Source of the DNA: Macrostomum hystrix
Lineage: Eukaryota > Animalia > Platyhelminthes
Assembly (NCBI GenBank): GCA_950097015.1
Contig: CATNEN010000011.1
Location: forward strand, 1,798,001-1,862,000
Reading direction: 5' to 3'
Length of the DNA: 64,000 bases
Below are positions 51,201 through 59,490 of the stretch, one piece after another. The position numbers were made by a program, and so were the translations under genes. Under the pieces are notes generated by a model, which ran no database searches, was not told the DNA's origin, and saw nothing but the letters and a program-made list of their open reading frames with translations. Numbering within the stretch: position 1 is the first letter of the stretch; each line of letters opens with the position of its first letter.

Positions 51201-51661
51201 TTCCTGAACAAGAAATGAAACTTCAAGAGCCTGATTATCATTCCTGAACAAGAAATGAAACTTCAAGAGCCTGATTATCATTCCTGAACAAGAAATGAAA
51301 CTGCAAGAGCCTTATTATCATTCCTGAACAAGAAATGAAACTTCAAGAGCCTGATTATCATTCCTGAACAAGAAATGAAACTTCAAGAGCCTGATTATCA
51401 TTCCTGAACAAGAAATGAAACTTCAAGAGCCTGATTATCTTTCCTGAACAAAAAATGGAACTTCAAGAGCCTCATTATCGCACGCCAAATGATTCCTGAA
51501 CAAGAAATGAAACTTCAAGAGACTCAAGGCTACTAGACGAAGCTATCTAAAAGATCAGCATACAATTAATAATGACGAACTCACTCACCATCGGCAGCTA
51601 CTGAAGCTGAGCAATACAACAAAATGGCAACTATAAGCACAGCTATTCCTACAGACCGCAT
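18261..51661 (-). CDS. Large secreted Cys/Arg/Lys-rich modular protein (~2106 aa, 39 exons): signal peptide, 37 alternating Cys modules, vWD, C8, TIL, 2x ShKT; mucin/adhesive-like
   Basis: Hand-spliced exons, all GT-AG: 51661-51589 (MRSVGIAVLIVAILLYCSASVAAD signal peptide), 49592-49449, 48013-47870, 47659-47408, 47337-47215, 46841-46710, 46630-46508, 46414-46283, 45899-45771, 45700-45569, 45478-45356, 45279-45154, 44648-44526, 44431-44177, 43666-43535, 42645-42520, 41200-41051, 39570-39439, 38905-38774, 35433-35131, 33097-32975, 32894-32766, 32663-32538, 30964-30833, 30735-30610, 29882-29751, 29122-28853, 28531-28406, 26308-26054, 25556-25425, 24691-24569, 24063-23935, 23829-23689, then vWD 22569-22328 and 21335-21016 (CDALGDPHFLMYDG...FQGECKY, MIGLCGNCNG), C8 20399-20104, TIL 19840-19649, ShK 18988-18839 and 18451-18261. 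The sum is 6321 nt with an uninterrupted frame. Confidence 0.88.
18982..19615. repeat. 51/53-bp minisatellite, 12 units, each containing a copy of the ShK1 exon splice acceptor
   Basis: ctctgaccaaggagat starts at 18987, 19040, 19091, 19144, 19195, 19248, 19299, 19352, 19405, 19458, 19511, 19564. Confidence 0.92.
21410..22195. repeat. 39-bp minisatellite (tttattgataagacgcgtttgtccaatcaaacgtctaga), ~20 units
   Basis: Direct tandem repetition inside the vWD intron. Confidence 0.95.
22585..23590. repeat. 28-bp minisatellite (tcggcacatcaaagaatctggagagaag) with a second unit type and higher-order duplication
   Basis: Direct tandem repetition. Confidence 0.92.
24195..24380. repeat. ~31-bp short tandem array (gttgctaaaaatagctttgtgtacatac)
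   Basis: About 6 units visible. Confidence 0.8.
24861..25141 (-). mobile_element. tRNA-derived SINE, family B
   Basis: Minus strand tgtagcccagtggttacagcg...ggttcgattcccg (A/B boxes), then body gcaagacaattaactctgcattgcttcagttca..cagttgttaaatgggtaccagc. The body resembles the conserved central domain of widespread metazoan SINE superfamilies (recalled, not searched). Copies at 34478, 34809 and 57652. Confidence 0.82.
25155..25385. repeat. 15-bp minisatellite (gggtagaattagagt)
   Basis: Direct tandem repetition adjoining the SINE head. Confidence 0.9.
25715..25885 (-). mobile_element. Family-A SINE, partial
   Basis: Shares tggaggttggccctcaagggcg...ggaatcgagctcaggaccttggtgc with the 13742 copy. 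Confidence 0.72.
26345..28030. repeat. 18-bp minisatellite (gggttctgtttatgggat), ~90 units
   Basis: Direct tandem repetition; generates spurious ORFs on both strands. Confidence 0.95.
29150..29670. repeat. 16-bp minisatellite (gtactctagttcactc) split by a LINE fragment
   Basis: Units on both sides of the 29335-29546 insertion. Confidence 0.85.
29335..29546 (-). mobile_element. Short 3' fragment of a non-LTR retrotransposon (degenerate C-terminal zinc-knuckle region)
   Basis: Minus strand reads VEDAQRLLIDC, then after a frameshift RRHLGNNPILAVLTTNGPRVLSFLREI, matching the pattern [11 protein letters not shown]...YLGPNPDL...VRYLRAT of the 55-kb LINE; aataaataatgacaaaaac tail; actctagtt on both sides. 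Confidence 0.55.
30245..30560 (-). mobile_element. Family-A SINE, near full length
   Basis: gagggctgcgggcaatggcacatcatttggtgacactagacccgc...ggaattgagctcaggaaccttggtgcgagaggcaaacacgttagaccgc. Confidence 0.8.
31085..32450. repeat. 20-bp minisatellite (aacttatccccttaggttg[a/c]), ~68 units
   Basis: Exact 20-bp periodicity visible in the columns. Confidence 0.95.
33190..34475. repeat. 19-bp minisatellite (gggttgtagcctagtgaca), ~59 units plus degenerate lead-in; unit matches the family-B SINE 5' end
   Basis: Direct tandem repetition running into the SINE at 34478. Confidence 0.92.
34478..34756 (+). mobile_element. Family-B SINE (plus copy, damaged A box)
   Basis: ttgtagcctttt gttagggcgttgggctaacgacttgaagg...gtttgattcccgactcc...gcaagacacttaactctgcattgcttcagttcacccagctgttaaattggtaccagc. 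Confidence 0.85.
34809..35090 (-). mobile_element. Family-B SINE (minus copy), tail-to-tail with the 34478 copy
   Basis: Reverse complement begins aggttgtagcctagtggttagggcgtcggactaacgacttgaaggtcgggggttcgattcccg. Confidence 0.85.
35480..38545. repeat. 23/24-bp minisatellite (ttcaggagctatc[a/c]gttcag[atta/gtc]), ~3 kb
   Basis: Direct tandem repetition with variant blocks. Confidence 0.95.
38588..38722 (+). mobile_element. Family-A SINE 3' fragment
   Basis: gggcagaattgcctcctagctggctgcgggt...aaatatgatgtgccaccgcccacagccc. Confidence 0.65.
38955..39350. repeat. CT-rich low-complexity repeat (ttctctctattcctctctctcc)
   Basis: Polypyrimidine tandem units. Confidence 0.9.
39590..40975. repeat. 20-bp minisatellite (atcaacacactaaatgagtc), ~68 units
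   Basis: Exact 20-bp periodicity. Confidence 0.95.
41241..41500 (+). mobile_element. Family-A SINE with (ATT)n tail
   Basis: gtttgcctctcgcactaagatcctgagctcgattcc head; gtgtcaccaaatgatgtgccattgcccgcagccctc, then aattattattg tail. Confidence 0.8.
41652..42305. mobile_element. Non-autonomous hAT-like element with subterminal GTAACG/CGTTAC motifs
   Basis: Ends cagtgctgggcgcgtta ... taacgcactcaacact are imperfect inverted repeats, with clustered cgttac/gtaacg near both ends. No 8-bp TSD seen. Confidence 0.5.
42765..43490. repeat. 24-bp minisatellite (atacatagagagttggggataatt)
   Basis: Direct tandem repetition. Confidence 0.93.
44820..45110. repeat. ~33-bp tandem array (atgtacatccactctaacaaaccccactaccag)
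   Basis: About 8 units. Confidence 0.85.
46005..46200. repeat. ~29-bp degenerate tandem array (aacaaccacctcacgccgcactatgcaca)
   Basis: About 6 units. Confidence 0.75.
46945..47180. repeat. 28-bp minisatellite (cctcactccctgcccctcaaacccacca)
   Basis: About 8 units. Confidence 0.9.
48110..49430. repeat. GA-rich ~14-bp repeat (gagaaggagagtgt)
   Basis: Polypurine tandem units; spurious S/H/L/T ORFs on the minus strand. Confidence 0.92.
49922..50148 (-). mobile_element. Family-A SINE
   Basis: ccgcagccagcgaggtggcaattc...tggaggttggccctcaagg...ggaatcgagctcaaggaccttggtgctagaggcaaac. Confidence 0.78.
50630..51510. repeat. ~40-bp minisatellite (cttcaagagcctgattatcattcctgaacaagaaatgaaa)
   Basis: Direct tandem repetition in the first intron of the modular gene. 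Confidence 0.9.
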
Positions 51662-52287
51662 GTTCTCAGTTGCAGTCAAACTTAACGCGTATGTGAATTC
51701 CTACACTATCTTGAACAACGTGTCTACGAATTTTAACGTTACTAGCTCGAATGCATACCGTTAATATATTAATTTTTCCAGAAGCAAACGTGTTTTCAAC
51801 CCACCAAGTAGCTGCATGCTTCATTGAAGTGAACCTCTAGAATAATTGAGCTCCGATCTACAAGTTGGCTGCAAGGTCTGCTCAAACTGGGAATTCTGCG
51901 ACAGCTGCATTGCAGGAGTTTAGTTTAGTCTTCGGCGAAGGATAAGGATAAGTGTCATCACAGCGTTGAGCTCTCCGCTTTAACAGTCTATACTGGGATA
52001 AACTTAACAGCTCATTGCTAGTAAAACGAAAAATTTCGGAGTGATATTTGGGACTGAAATGCCTCCACTGGCGGAACTCTTAGCTGTCACTCAAATAGTC
52101 AATAGTGCAAATGTTTTCTTAGTCCAAGACTCCAAGAAGTGTAGTTTCTTACGCGCGTAAGTATATTTGAAAAAACTATGCAAGAAAATGTTTTTTGACA
52201 TTGTAATGCGAGATGCAATTTAATTTTACTTTTATCAAAGCATGATATTTTCGGTCAATAGGTGACATTGTGACGTGGAGAAATACC

Positions 52288-53428
52288 TTGAAGGAACAGT
52301 GGTTACTGAAGACCTGAAGGAACAGTGGTTACTGAAGACCTGAAGGAACAGTGGTTACTGAAGACCTGAAGGAACAGTGGTTACTGAAGACCTGAAGGAA
52401 CAGTGGTTACTGAAGACCTGAAGGAACAGTGGTTACTGAAGACCTGAAGGAACAGTGGTTACTGAAGACCTGAAGGAACAGTGGTTACTAAAGTCCTGAA
52501 GGAACAGTGGTTACTAAAGTCCTGAAGGAACAGTGGTTACTGAAGTCCTGAAGGAACTGAAGACCTGAAGGAACAGTGGTTACTAAAGTCCTGAAGGAAC
52601 AGTGGTTACTAAAGTCCTGAAGGAACAGTGGTTACTAAAGTCCTGAAGGAACATTGGTTACTGAAGTCCTGAAGGAACAGTGGTTACTGAAGACCTGAAG
52701 GAACAGTGGTTACTGAGGTGTCTGAAGGAACAGTGGTTACTGAAGTCCTGAAGGAACAGTGGTTACTGAAGACCTGAAGGAACAGTGGTTACTGAAGTCC
52801 TGAAGGAACAGTGGTTACTAAAGTCCTGAAGGAACAGTGGTTACTGAAGTCCTGAAGGAACAGTGGTTACTGAAGTCCTGAAGGAACAGTGGTTACTGAG
52901 GCCTTTGAAGGAACAGTGGTTACTGAAGCCCCTGAACAGTGGAACAGTGGAACAGTGGTTACTGAAGCCCCTGAACAGTGGAACAGTGGGACAGTGGTTA
53001 CTGAAGCCCTGAGGAACAGTGGTTACTAAAGTCCTGAAGGTACAGTGGTTACTAAAGCCCTGAAGGAACAGTGGATACTAAAGTCCTGAAGGAACAGTGG
53101 TTACTAAAGTACTGAAGGAACAGTGGTTACTGAAGCATCTTAAGGAAATGTGGTTACTGAGGCGTCTGAAGGAACAGTGGTTACTGAAGCCCTGAGGAAC
53201 AGTGGTTGCTGAAGCCTCTGAAGGAACAGTGGTTACTGAAGCCCTGAGGAACAGTGGTTGCTGAAGCCTCTGAAGGAACAGTGGTTACTGAAGCCTCTTA
53301 AGGAAACGTGGTTACTGAGGTGTCTGAAGGAACAGTGGTTACTGAAACCCTGAAGGAACAGTGGTTACTGAAGCCCTGAAGGAACAGTGGTTACTGAAGC
53401 CTCTGAAGGAACAGTGGTCGCTGAAGAC
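52288..53428. repeat. 25-27-bp minisatellite (ctgaaggaacagtggttactgaag[a/t/c]c)
   Basis: Direct tandem repetition; bounded by splice-like sites on the minus strand (see findings). Confidence 0.92.
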
Positions 53429-54009
53429 CTGCAAAATAATGCAAGAAGAAATCAATTAAAAAACGTGAAAATCTTAAAATTGTATTTGATTTTGTTTAAA
53501 ACAAAAGGTATGATAGATACATAGGTTAGATTAGAAATATATATATTTATATCATCTTAGATGACAAATTAAAACATTAATATAATTTCGCTAGTTTTAA
53601 TAGCTAGTACAGGAATCTATTAAACAAGAAAATTATTCAATCTATATATAGAAATGCAACAAAATACTGCAACATAAGCATAAGCATAAACAAAACTCGT
53701 CCCATTATGCTAAATAATAGTATAATCCCTGCTTTTAAGTTGCAATATATAATATGTCTGTACACATGACATTACTGAGAGCGGACAGCGAAGATAAGTC
53801 ATGATTTTTTTAAACAAAAGAAACGAAATTGACCACTAAAAATAGAAATTTTTATTAATTTTTAATTATTTAACTATTTATTAATTTTTTAAAACTAAAA
53901 ATATGTCTGTCAAACAAATCATGGCACAAGAAAAAAATTATACACACAACCATAGAATCAACAGTAGCTGAAATTGACAAAATTAACAAAAAGAGGAGAG
54001 AGAGAGAAG

Positions 54010-54480
54010 GGGTAGAGACACGGGTAGACACATGGGTATTGGGTAGAGACAGGGGTAGAGACACGGGTAGAGACGGGTAGAGACAGGTCTAGAAGACAGG
54101 TGGGGTAGAGACAGGTGGGGTGGAGACAGGTGGGGTAGAGACAGGTGGGGTAGAGACAGGTGGGGTAGAGACGGGTGGGGTAGAGACAGGTGGGGTAGAG
54201 ACAGGTGGGGTGGAGACAGGTGGGGTAGAGACAGGTGGGGTGGAGACAGGTGGGGTAGAGACAGGTGGGGTAGAGACAGGTGGGGTGGAGACAGGTGGGG
54301 TAGAGACAGGTGGGGTAGAGACGGGTGGGGTAGAGACGGGTGGGGTAGAGACAGGTGGGGTAGAGACAGGTGGGGTAGAGACAGGTGGGGTAGAGACGGG
54401 TGGGGTAGAGACAGGTGGGGTAGAGACGGGTGGGGTAGAGACCGGTGTAGAGACGGGTAGAGACAGGTCTAGAAGACAGG
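54010..54480. repeat. 15-bp G-rich minisatellite (ggggtagagacaggt)
   Basis: Direct tandem repetition. Confidence 0.92.
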
Positions 54481-54490
54481 TGGGTGGAGA

Positions 54491-57400
54491 TTAGCCCAGC
54501 CTGGGTGCGGGTGGGGTTCTGAGGGCCCAGTTGGGCAGGCCACCAGGCGCGAATCGGGTGCTGAGCACAGCGGGGTGTCGCAGGCACTTGTCCAGTTGAG
54601 TCCTCTGCTTGACGGTTGCAAAGCGAGTCAGGAAGGCTTCGTCCAGTCGTCGCTTCATCTGGCGCACCCGATCGGACTGCCAGGCCAGGTCCCGAACTCG
54701 AAGGACCTCATCTTCGTCTTCCTCGTCTGACGAGGTCAGATCCCGGGTGAGCACAACTCGATACTGCTCAAGCTCTTCGGCGCTTAAATTTGATAGAAGA
54801 GCTTCGAAAGCCTTTTGACGGCGGCCCAGCTTCTGAGAAGGGAAATTATTTTATATTTAACCCAGTGTCTCCTCCCACTCTACCCCAGTGTCTTCTCCCA
54901 CTCTACCCCAGTGTCTCCTCCCACTCTACCCCAGTGTCTTCTCCCACTCTACCCCAGTGTCTCCTCCCACTCTACCCAAGTGTCTTCTCCCACTCTACCC
55001 CAGTGTCTTCTCCCACGGAATTCTCTCCGACGGAATCCCGTCGACGCTGTGCCCACCGCAAAAATTCAAAACCAGCATTCCGCCTCGCCAGGAAGTACGT
55101 GACCACGGCCAACCCCGTGAAATTCACTGCTTCACCGACGGATCGCAAATCAACTCGGTCTCTGGTTTCGGCTACTGCATTATGTCCGGAGGGAAAACTG
55201 TGGCGACCTTCTCCCAGCACACCGGCATAAACTCTACTGTTTTCCAGAACGAAGTTCTGGCCATCAGCTCCTGCGCCCTGGAGCTGATCTACCAAAACGT
55301 CCATGGAGCAGAAATCTTCCTCCACTCGGACAGCCAGGCGGCGATCCATGCCCTTGGACGCACGCACACCTGCTCGCGCACAGTCCTTGACTGCGTCGCG
55401 CAACTCAACCGCTTAGGGACCCACAACAAGGTGTCCCTAAGGTGGATTCCAGGGCACTCTGGCCACCCTGGTAACGAATTGGCCGACAGCCTCGCCAAGG
55501 CCGGTTCGACGGGTTCGCTTTTTGGCCCCGTGCCTGCGGTCTCCACCCCTACCGCCGTCGTCAACACTCGGATTAACCAGTGGGTGACCTCAAAGCACAA
55601 GGACAGATGGATCAATACCGCCGATTGTCGGCAGTCTCGCGCTGCTGTCCCTTGTCCCTCCACTGCCCTTCGCAAAGCCTTGCTTGGACTGAACCGCAAG
55701 GACATCAGGGCAGTCACCATGGCCCTCTCTGGCCATGGCTGTTTCGCCAGGCACCGCTTCCTGCAAGGCAAAATCCGCAGTGAGGAATGCCCCTTCTGCC
55801 TCTCCTATGTTGAGGATGCAGAGCATTTTATTTGCGACTGCCCCGCCTTCACTCAGGACCGGCTCACCTATCTCGGCCCAAACCCGGATCTCCCCGACGT
55901 TTTCAGGCCTGAGAACATCTGCCAGCTCGTCCGATACCTGAGGGCCACCGGGCGAGCAACCCTCCACCTCCTGGACACTCCGGAGGAGGACCGCGCTGCG
56001 GACGCCGGCACCACCGGATCCCCCTGCGCGACACCGCAGCTCTAGTTGCCCGTGGTCGCCAGGGGCTAGCGGAATGGGCGGCAACGCCTCCCCGCTGCAT
56101 CCGGAAGATGCCCCCTGCAGCTAAGTCAAGTTAAGTCAAGTCTTCTCCCACTCTACCCCAATCTCCCCCCACACTCCACCCAGATCCCAACACTCTACCC
56201 CAATCTCCCCCCACACTCCACCCAGATCCCCAACACTCTACCCCAATCTCACCCACACTCTACCCTAATCTCTTCCACACTCCATCCCAGTCTCCCTCAC
56301 AGTACACCCCATACAAAGTGTCTCACCGCTTTCTGTCGTTTGCCCTTGCGCCACATTGGCCTATTGCGCAAGCAGAATGACTGCATAGATCGAAACTCAT
56401 GGTTGCAAGCGGCTGAAATTAAAGGGATATCTTAAAAAAGAATTATTTTTAATTCCTACTGAGAATTTAAAGAATGACTCACATAGCCAAAGATCTTTAT
56501 CGGATTGAAAATCTGCGCTTTGCTGCGCTTGCGCGATAACATTCTGAGCTACGGTCCGATTGGCCAAATCATTCCAGCTGCAGATTGCGAATAATAATAC
56601 TCGTAATTTGTTCATACGCGACTAAACTACTGACTCAATAGTAGTATAATTAATTATCTAATGAAAATGACTTACGATTTCGAGAAGTCAAATAAATGCG
56701 GCCCGCTGCCACGCAATACTTTGTAGGCCTCTTTAATTGCGCTCTGCAAAGATAATTATAAATTTACTTACTCAAAGACAGCTAAAATCATATTTTGTAA
56801 TCGCAATGTCCACTACCTTCTTATAACAATATAACTGAGGCAGTGAATAATTAGGACACTTTTTCATTTTGAATTCCCGCCACTTTTTCTCACGCGCTAG
56901 CTATTTGTCGTAACGCAGCACTCTTTGTTCATTGAATGCGCACTCAAGCGAAGAAGAATATAATGCGATCTTTACCCGTTAACACTGGTTAACCTTGTTA
57001 CCCATGTTGGACCTGCTTTACGTTCTATACGTTCTCAACGTTTTGCTCAACGAAATATAAGCGATTCCACTTCCTACCTCTTTCCCTGTTTCGATATTAA
57101 AATAAATCGAGTTCTTTAGTGATTTTCCTAAATAGGAGAAAACAATTTGCCTTCCCAAGATACCTTTGCCTTCCCAATCCTCTCCCAAAGATATCTCGTC
57201 GGCCTTCTTTACCCGAAGTCACCCTATTATATGATCCCTTTGAAATCCCAAATATAAAGTCGTAAAACCCCATCTAAAAATCCACCTGAAGTCTATCTGA
57301 AGTCCACCTAAAGTTCCCTAAATACCCCCCCTGAAGTCCCAAAACTCGCCTTTATCCCCCTAATTAAACTGTACTAATTCCGGACCCCATAGAGGAAAGT

Positions 57401-59333
57401 AAGTGAGATTGCGAAGGACGTTCACCAGGCAACTTCGATCCATCCTGATACGCCCCACGGACTGTGTGGCCCAGATCAGTGACCTAAGCCCTCGTGCCAG
57501 CAGCAGTAAATTCCGCTCCCATTGTTAGTAGCTAGTGTCTTGCCGCTCGGGCATTAGCGCTACCGCTAATCCACAAAATCCACAACCCCATTCTTGAAAT
57601 CTTAATCCTGAATCTCGTTCGATAATTAAAATCCCTAATAAATCCCTAAATCCCTGAAGGCTGCATACGGCTGTTCAGTCCATGGACTGGGGGGACGCCA
57701 CACCCACCCTCAATTACCCCAGCTAATGCTGGAATCTAGCTCGTATTTAACAGCTGGGTGAACAGCTGGGTGAACTGAAGCAATGCAGAGCTAAGTGTCT
57801 TGCTAAAGGACACAAATTGTTCCAGTGGAGTCGGGAATCGAACCCCCGACCTTCAAGTCGTGAGTCCGACGCTCTAACCACTAGGCTACAACCTCCTACA
57901 ACAGTATATATCAAGACTCCCTTAAACAAAAAATGGTCAAAATCCTCACCCTTAGGTAACTGGTACCGCCAACACTGATCCCATCCCGGTGAGACTGCTC
58001 AACGCAGCCGGATCCTCCACCAGCAGTCAGATTGCTCAGCAGGTCTCTGCCCTGCCCTGCCACTAGGGAGCAAGCCGGGCTTTGAAGGGCTTGTTGCTCA
58101 ACGCGATCTGTTGCCTCTGCCTCGAGTAATTCATCGTCGTCTTCCAGATCGATGACAACTGGCTGCTCTAAAGAAGGTTGGTTATCCGCAGCGACCCGAC
58201 TGACCGCGGTGGACATTGCGGCGGACAGCAATGGCGGAGAGTCGACGGACTCAACACCTTAAGATGGATGAGATAAATTGGTGTCATTTTGGATAATCAC
58301 TGAAGATTATCAATGAGGATTATAAACAATAATTATCACCTAGGATTATAATAAAAAATGTCACTTGAGATTATCATTGAGATTATTAGTGACGAATATC
58401 CCAGAGGATTGTCATCCTGGATTATCACAGGGGATTATCCATGAGGATTATAAGTAAGGATTATCACTGAGTTTTATCTATGAGAAATACCACTGAGAAT
58501 TATCACAGAGGGTTATCACTAAAGATTATGACTGAGGATTATCAGAGGATTATCCCTGGAGATTATCATCAAAGAAAATCATTGAGGATTATCATTAAGG
58601 ATAATAATTTAGGATTATCATCAAGGATAATCATTGAGGATTATCATTAGGGATAATAATTTAGGATTATCATCAAGGATAATCATTGAGGATTATCATT
58701 AAGGATAAGCATTGAAGATTATCACAGAAAAACATTGTCACTGATGCTTATCATTGAGGATTATCAATACCAAATATGATTGATTATAATCACTAAGGAT
58801 TATCAATGCCAAATATGATTGATAATAATCACTAAGGATTATCACCTCAACCCACCAGAAAAGAGTCGCTTCTCTCCTCCTGACTGGGGTCTTCCTTCAT
58901 CAACACAATCATTGCCATTAGCTCCGTCCTGATGCTGACGTTGCTGCCCGCTGAATGGCTTCGGCAACCCGTTATCGCCGCGTTCGTCAACCATAGAAGG
59001 CGTCAGCTCCATCTCCAGCTTCACCCCGAAGCTGGCGTGATTTGAAGTCGAAGAAATGTGCCGCCGTTTCACTGGCGGTTGCGGCGTCGCCTCTCTGGCG
59101 AAATTCTCCGCAGCCGCAGTCTGAGTCTGCAGCCGGCTTTGGAGTTCCGCGGCGCAGGGTCTCATTGCGGCGATGAGTTGGACATGCAAGTCCGCTGTCA
59201 GCCGCATAGCTCCCAGCAGTTCGTCCATGGACATGCTGTCAAGGAGCATGCCAGCGTTTAGCAGGGTGGATTCAAACAGTGTCAGCGGCGAGAACGGCAA
59301 CTGGCTAAACGATGCAGCGGCCACTGCCGCCAT
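54491..59333 (-). CDS. C14orf93-like domain protein (~458 aa). Exons 59333-58856, 58257-57950, 56743-56676, 56577-56483, 56412-56327, 54832-54491
   Basis: All junctions GT-AG and phase-compatible (1377 nt). C-terminus ...[15 protein letters not shown]...ACNHEF...KLGRRQKAF...[39 protein letters not shown]...STRFAP follows the pattern I recall for the human C14orf93 C-terminal domain (RR..., EELMSDEED, V..P.FR...L...LD). Not search-verified. Confidence 0.7.
54860..56290. repeat. 23-bp C-rich minisatellite (ctctaccccagtgtcttctccca) interrupted by a LINE
   Basis: Units at 54860-55015 resume at 56140-56290. Confidence 0.85.
55016..56139 (+). mobile_element. 5'-truncated non-LTR retrotransposon (I/Loa/R1-group-like): RNase H, C-terminal CCHC knuckle, 3' UTR and (AAGTC)n tail
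   Basis: CFTDGS...VFQNE...SDSQAA...[19 protein letters not shown] RNase HI motifs; CPFC...[11 protein letters not shown]; gtcttctccca duplicated on both sides (55005-55015 and 56140-56150). Confidence 0.9.
57652..57895 (-). mobile_element. Family-B SINE
   Basis: Near-identical to the 34809 copy; ends ctaaccactaggctacaacct. Confidence 0.85.
58290..58840. repeat. Degenerate ~13-bp repeat (gaggattatcatt)
   Basis: Recurrent ggattatca motif filling intron 1 of the C14orf93-like gene. Confidence 0.8.
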
Positions 59334-59490
59334 TGCGCTTTAGTTGTTTTCAAACTCGATTAGAAATGAAAATGACTACTTCACTAGTTGCTTTTATTCC
59401 TTGCGACTGAAATTGTAAGAACATTGTAAGTAACGGTTCTAATAATACGTGCGTCAACGGCGATTCAAGCTTCAATTCCTACTGTGATTC

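Noticed and set aside
54888-55015. N-terminal part of the 385-aa ORF
   Set aside because: Read-through from the flanking minisatellite; the LINE sequence starts at ~55016.
57497-57525. gtgccagcagcagtaaattccgctcc, reminiscent of the conserved SSU rRNA segment
   Set aside because: Only ~11 contiguous matches with gaps and no flanking rRNA similarity; likely chance.
50360-59240. Heptapeptide SMDELLG shared by the 50.3-kb island and the 59-kb exon
   Set aside because: No similarity beyond the seven residues; treated as coincidence.
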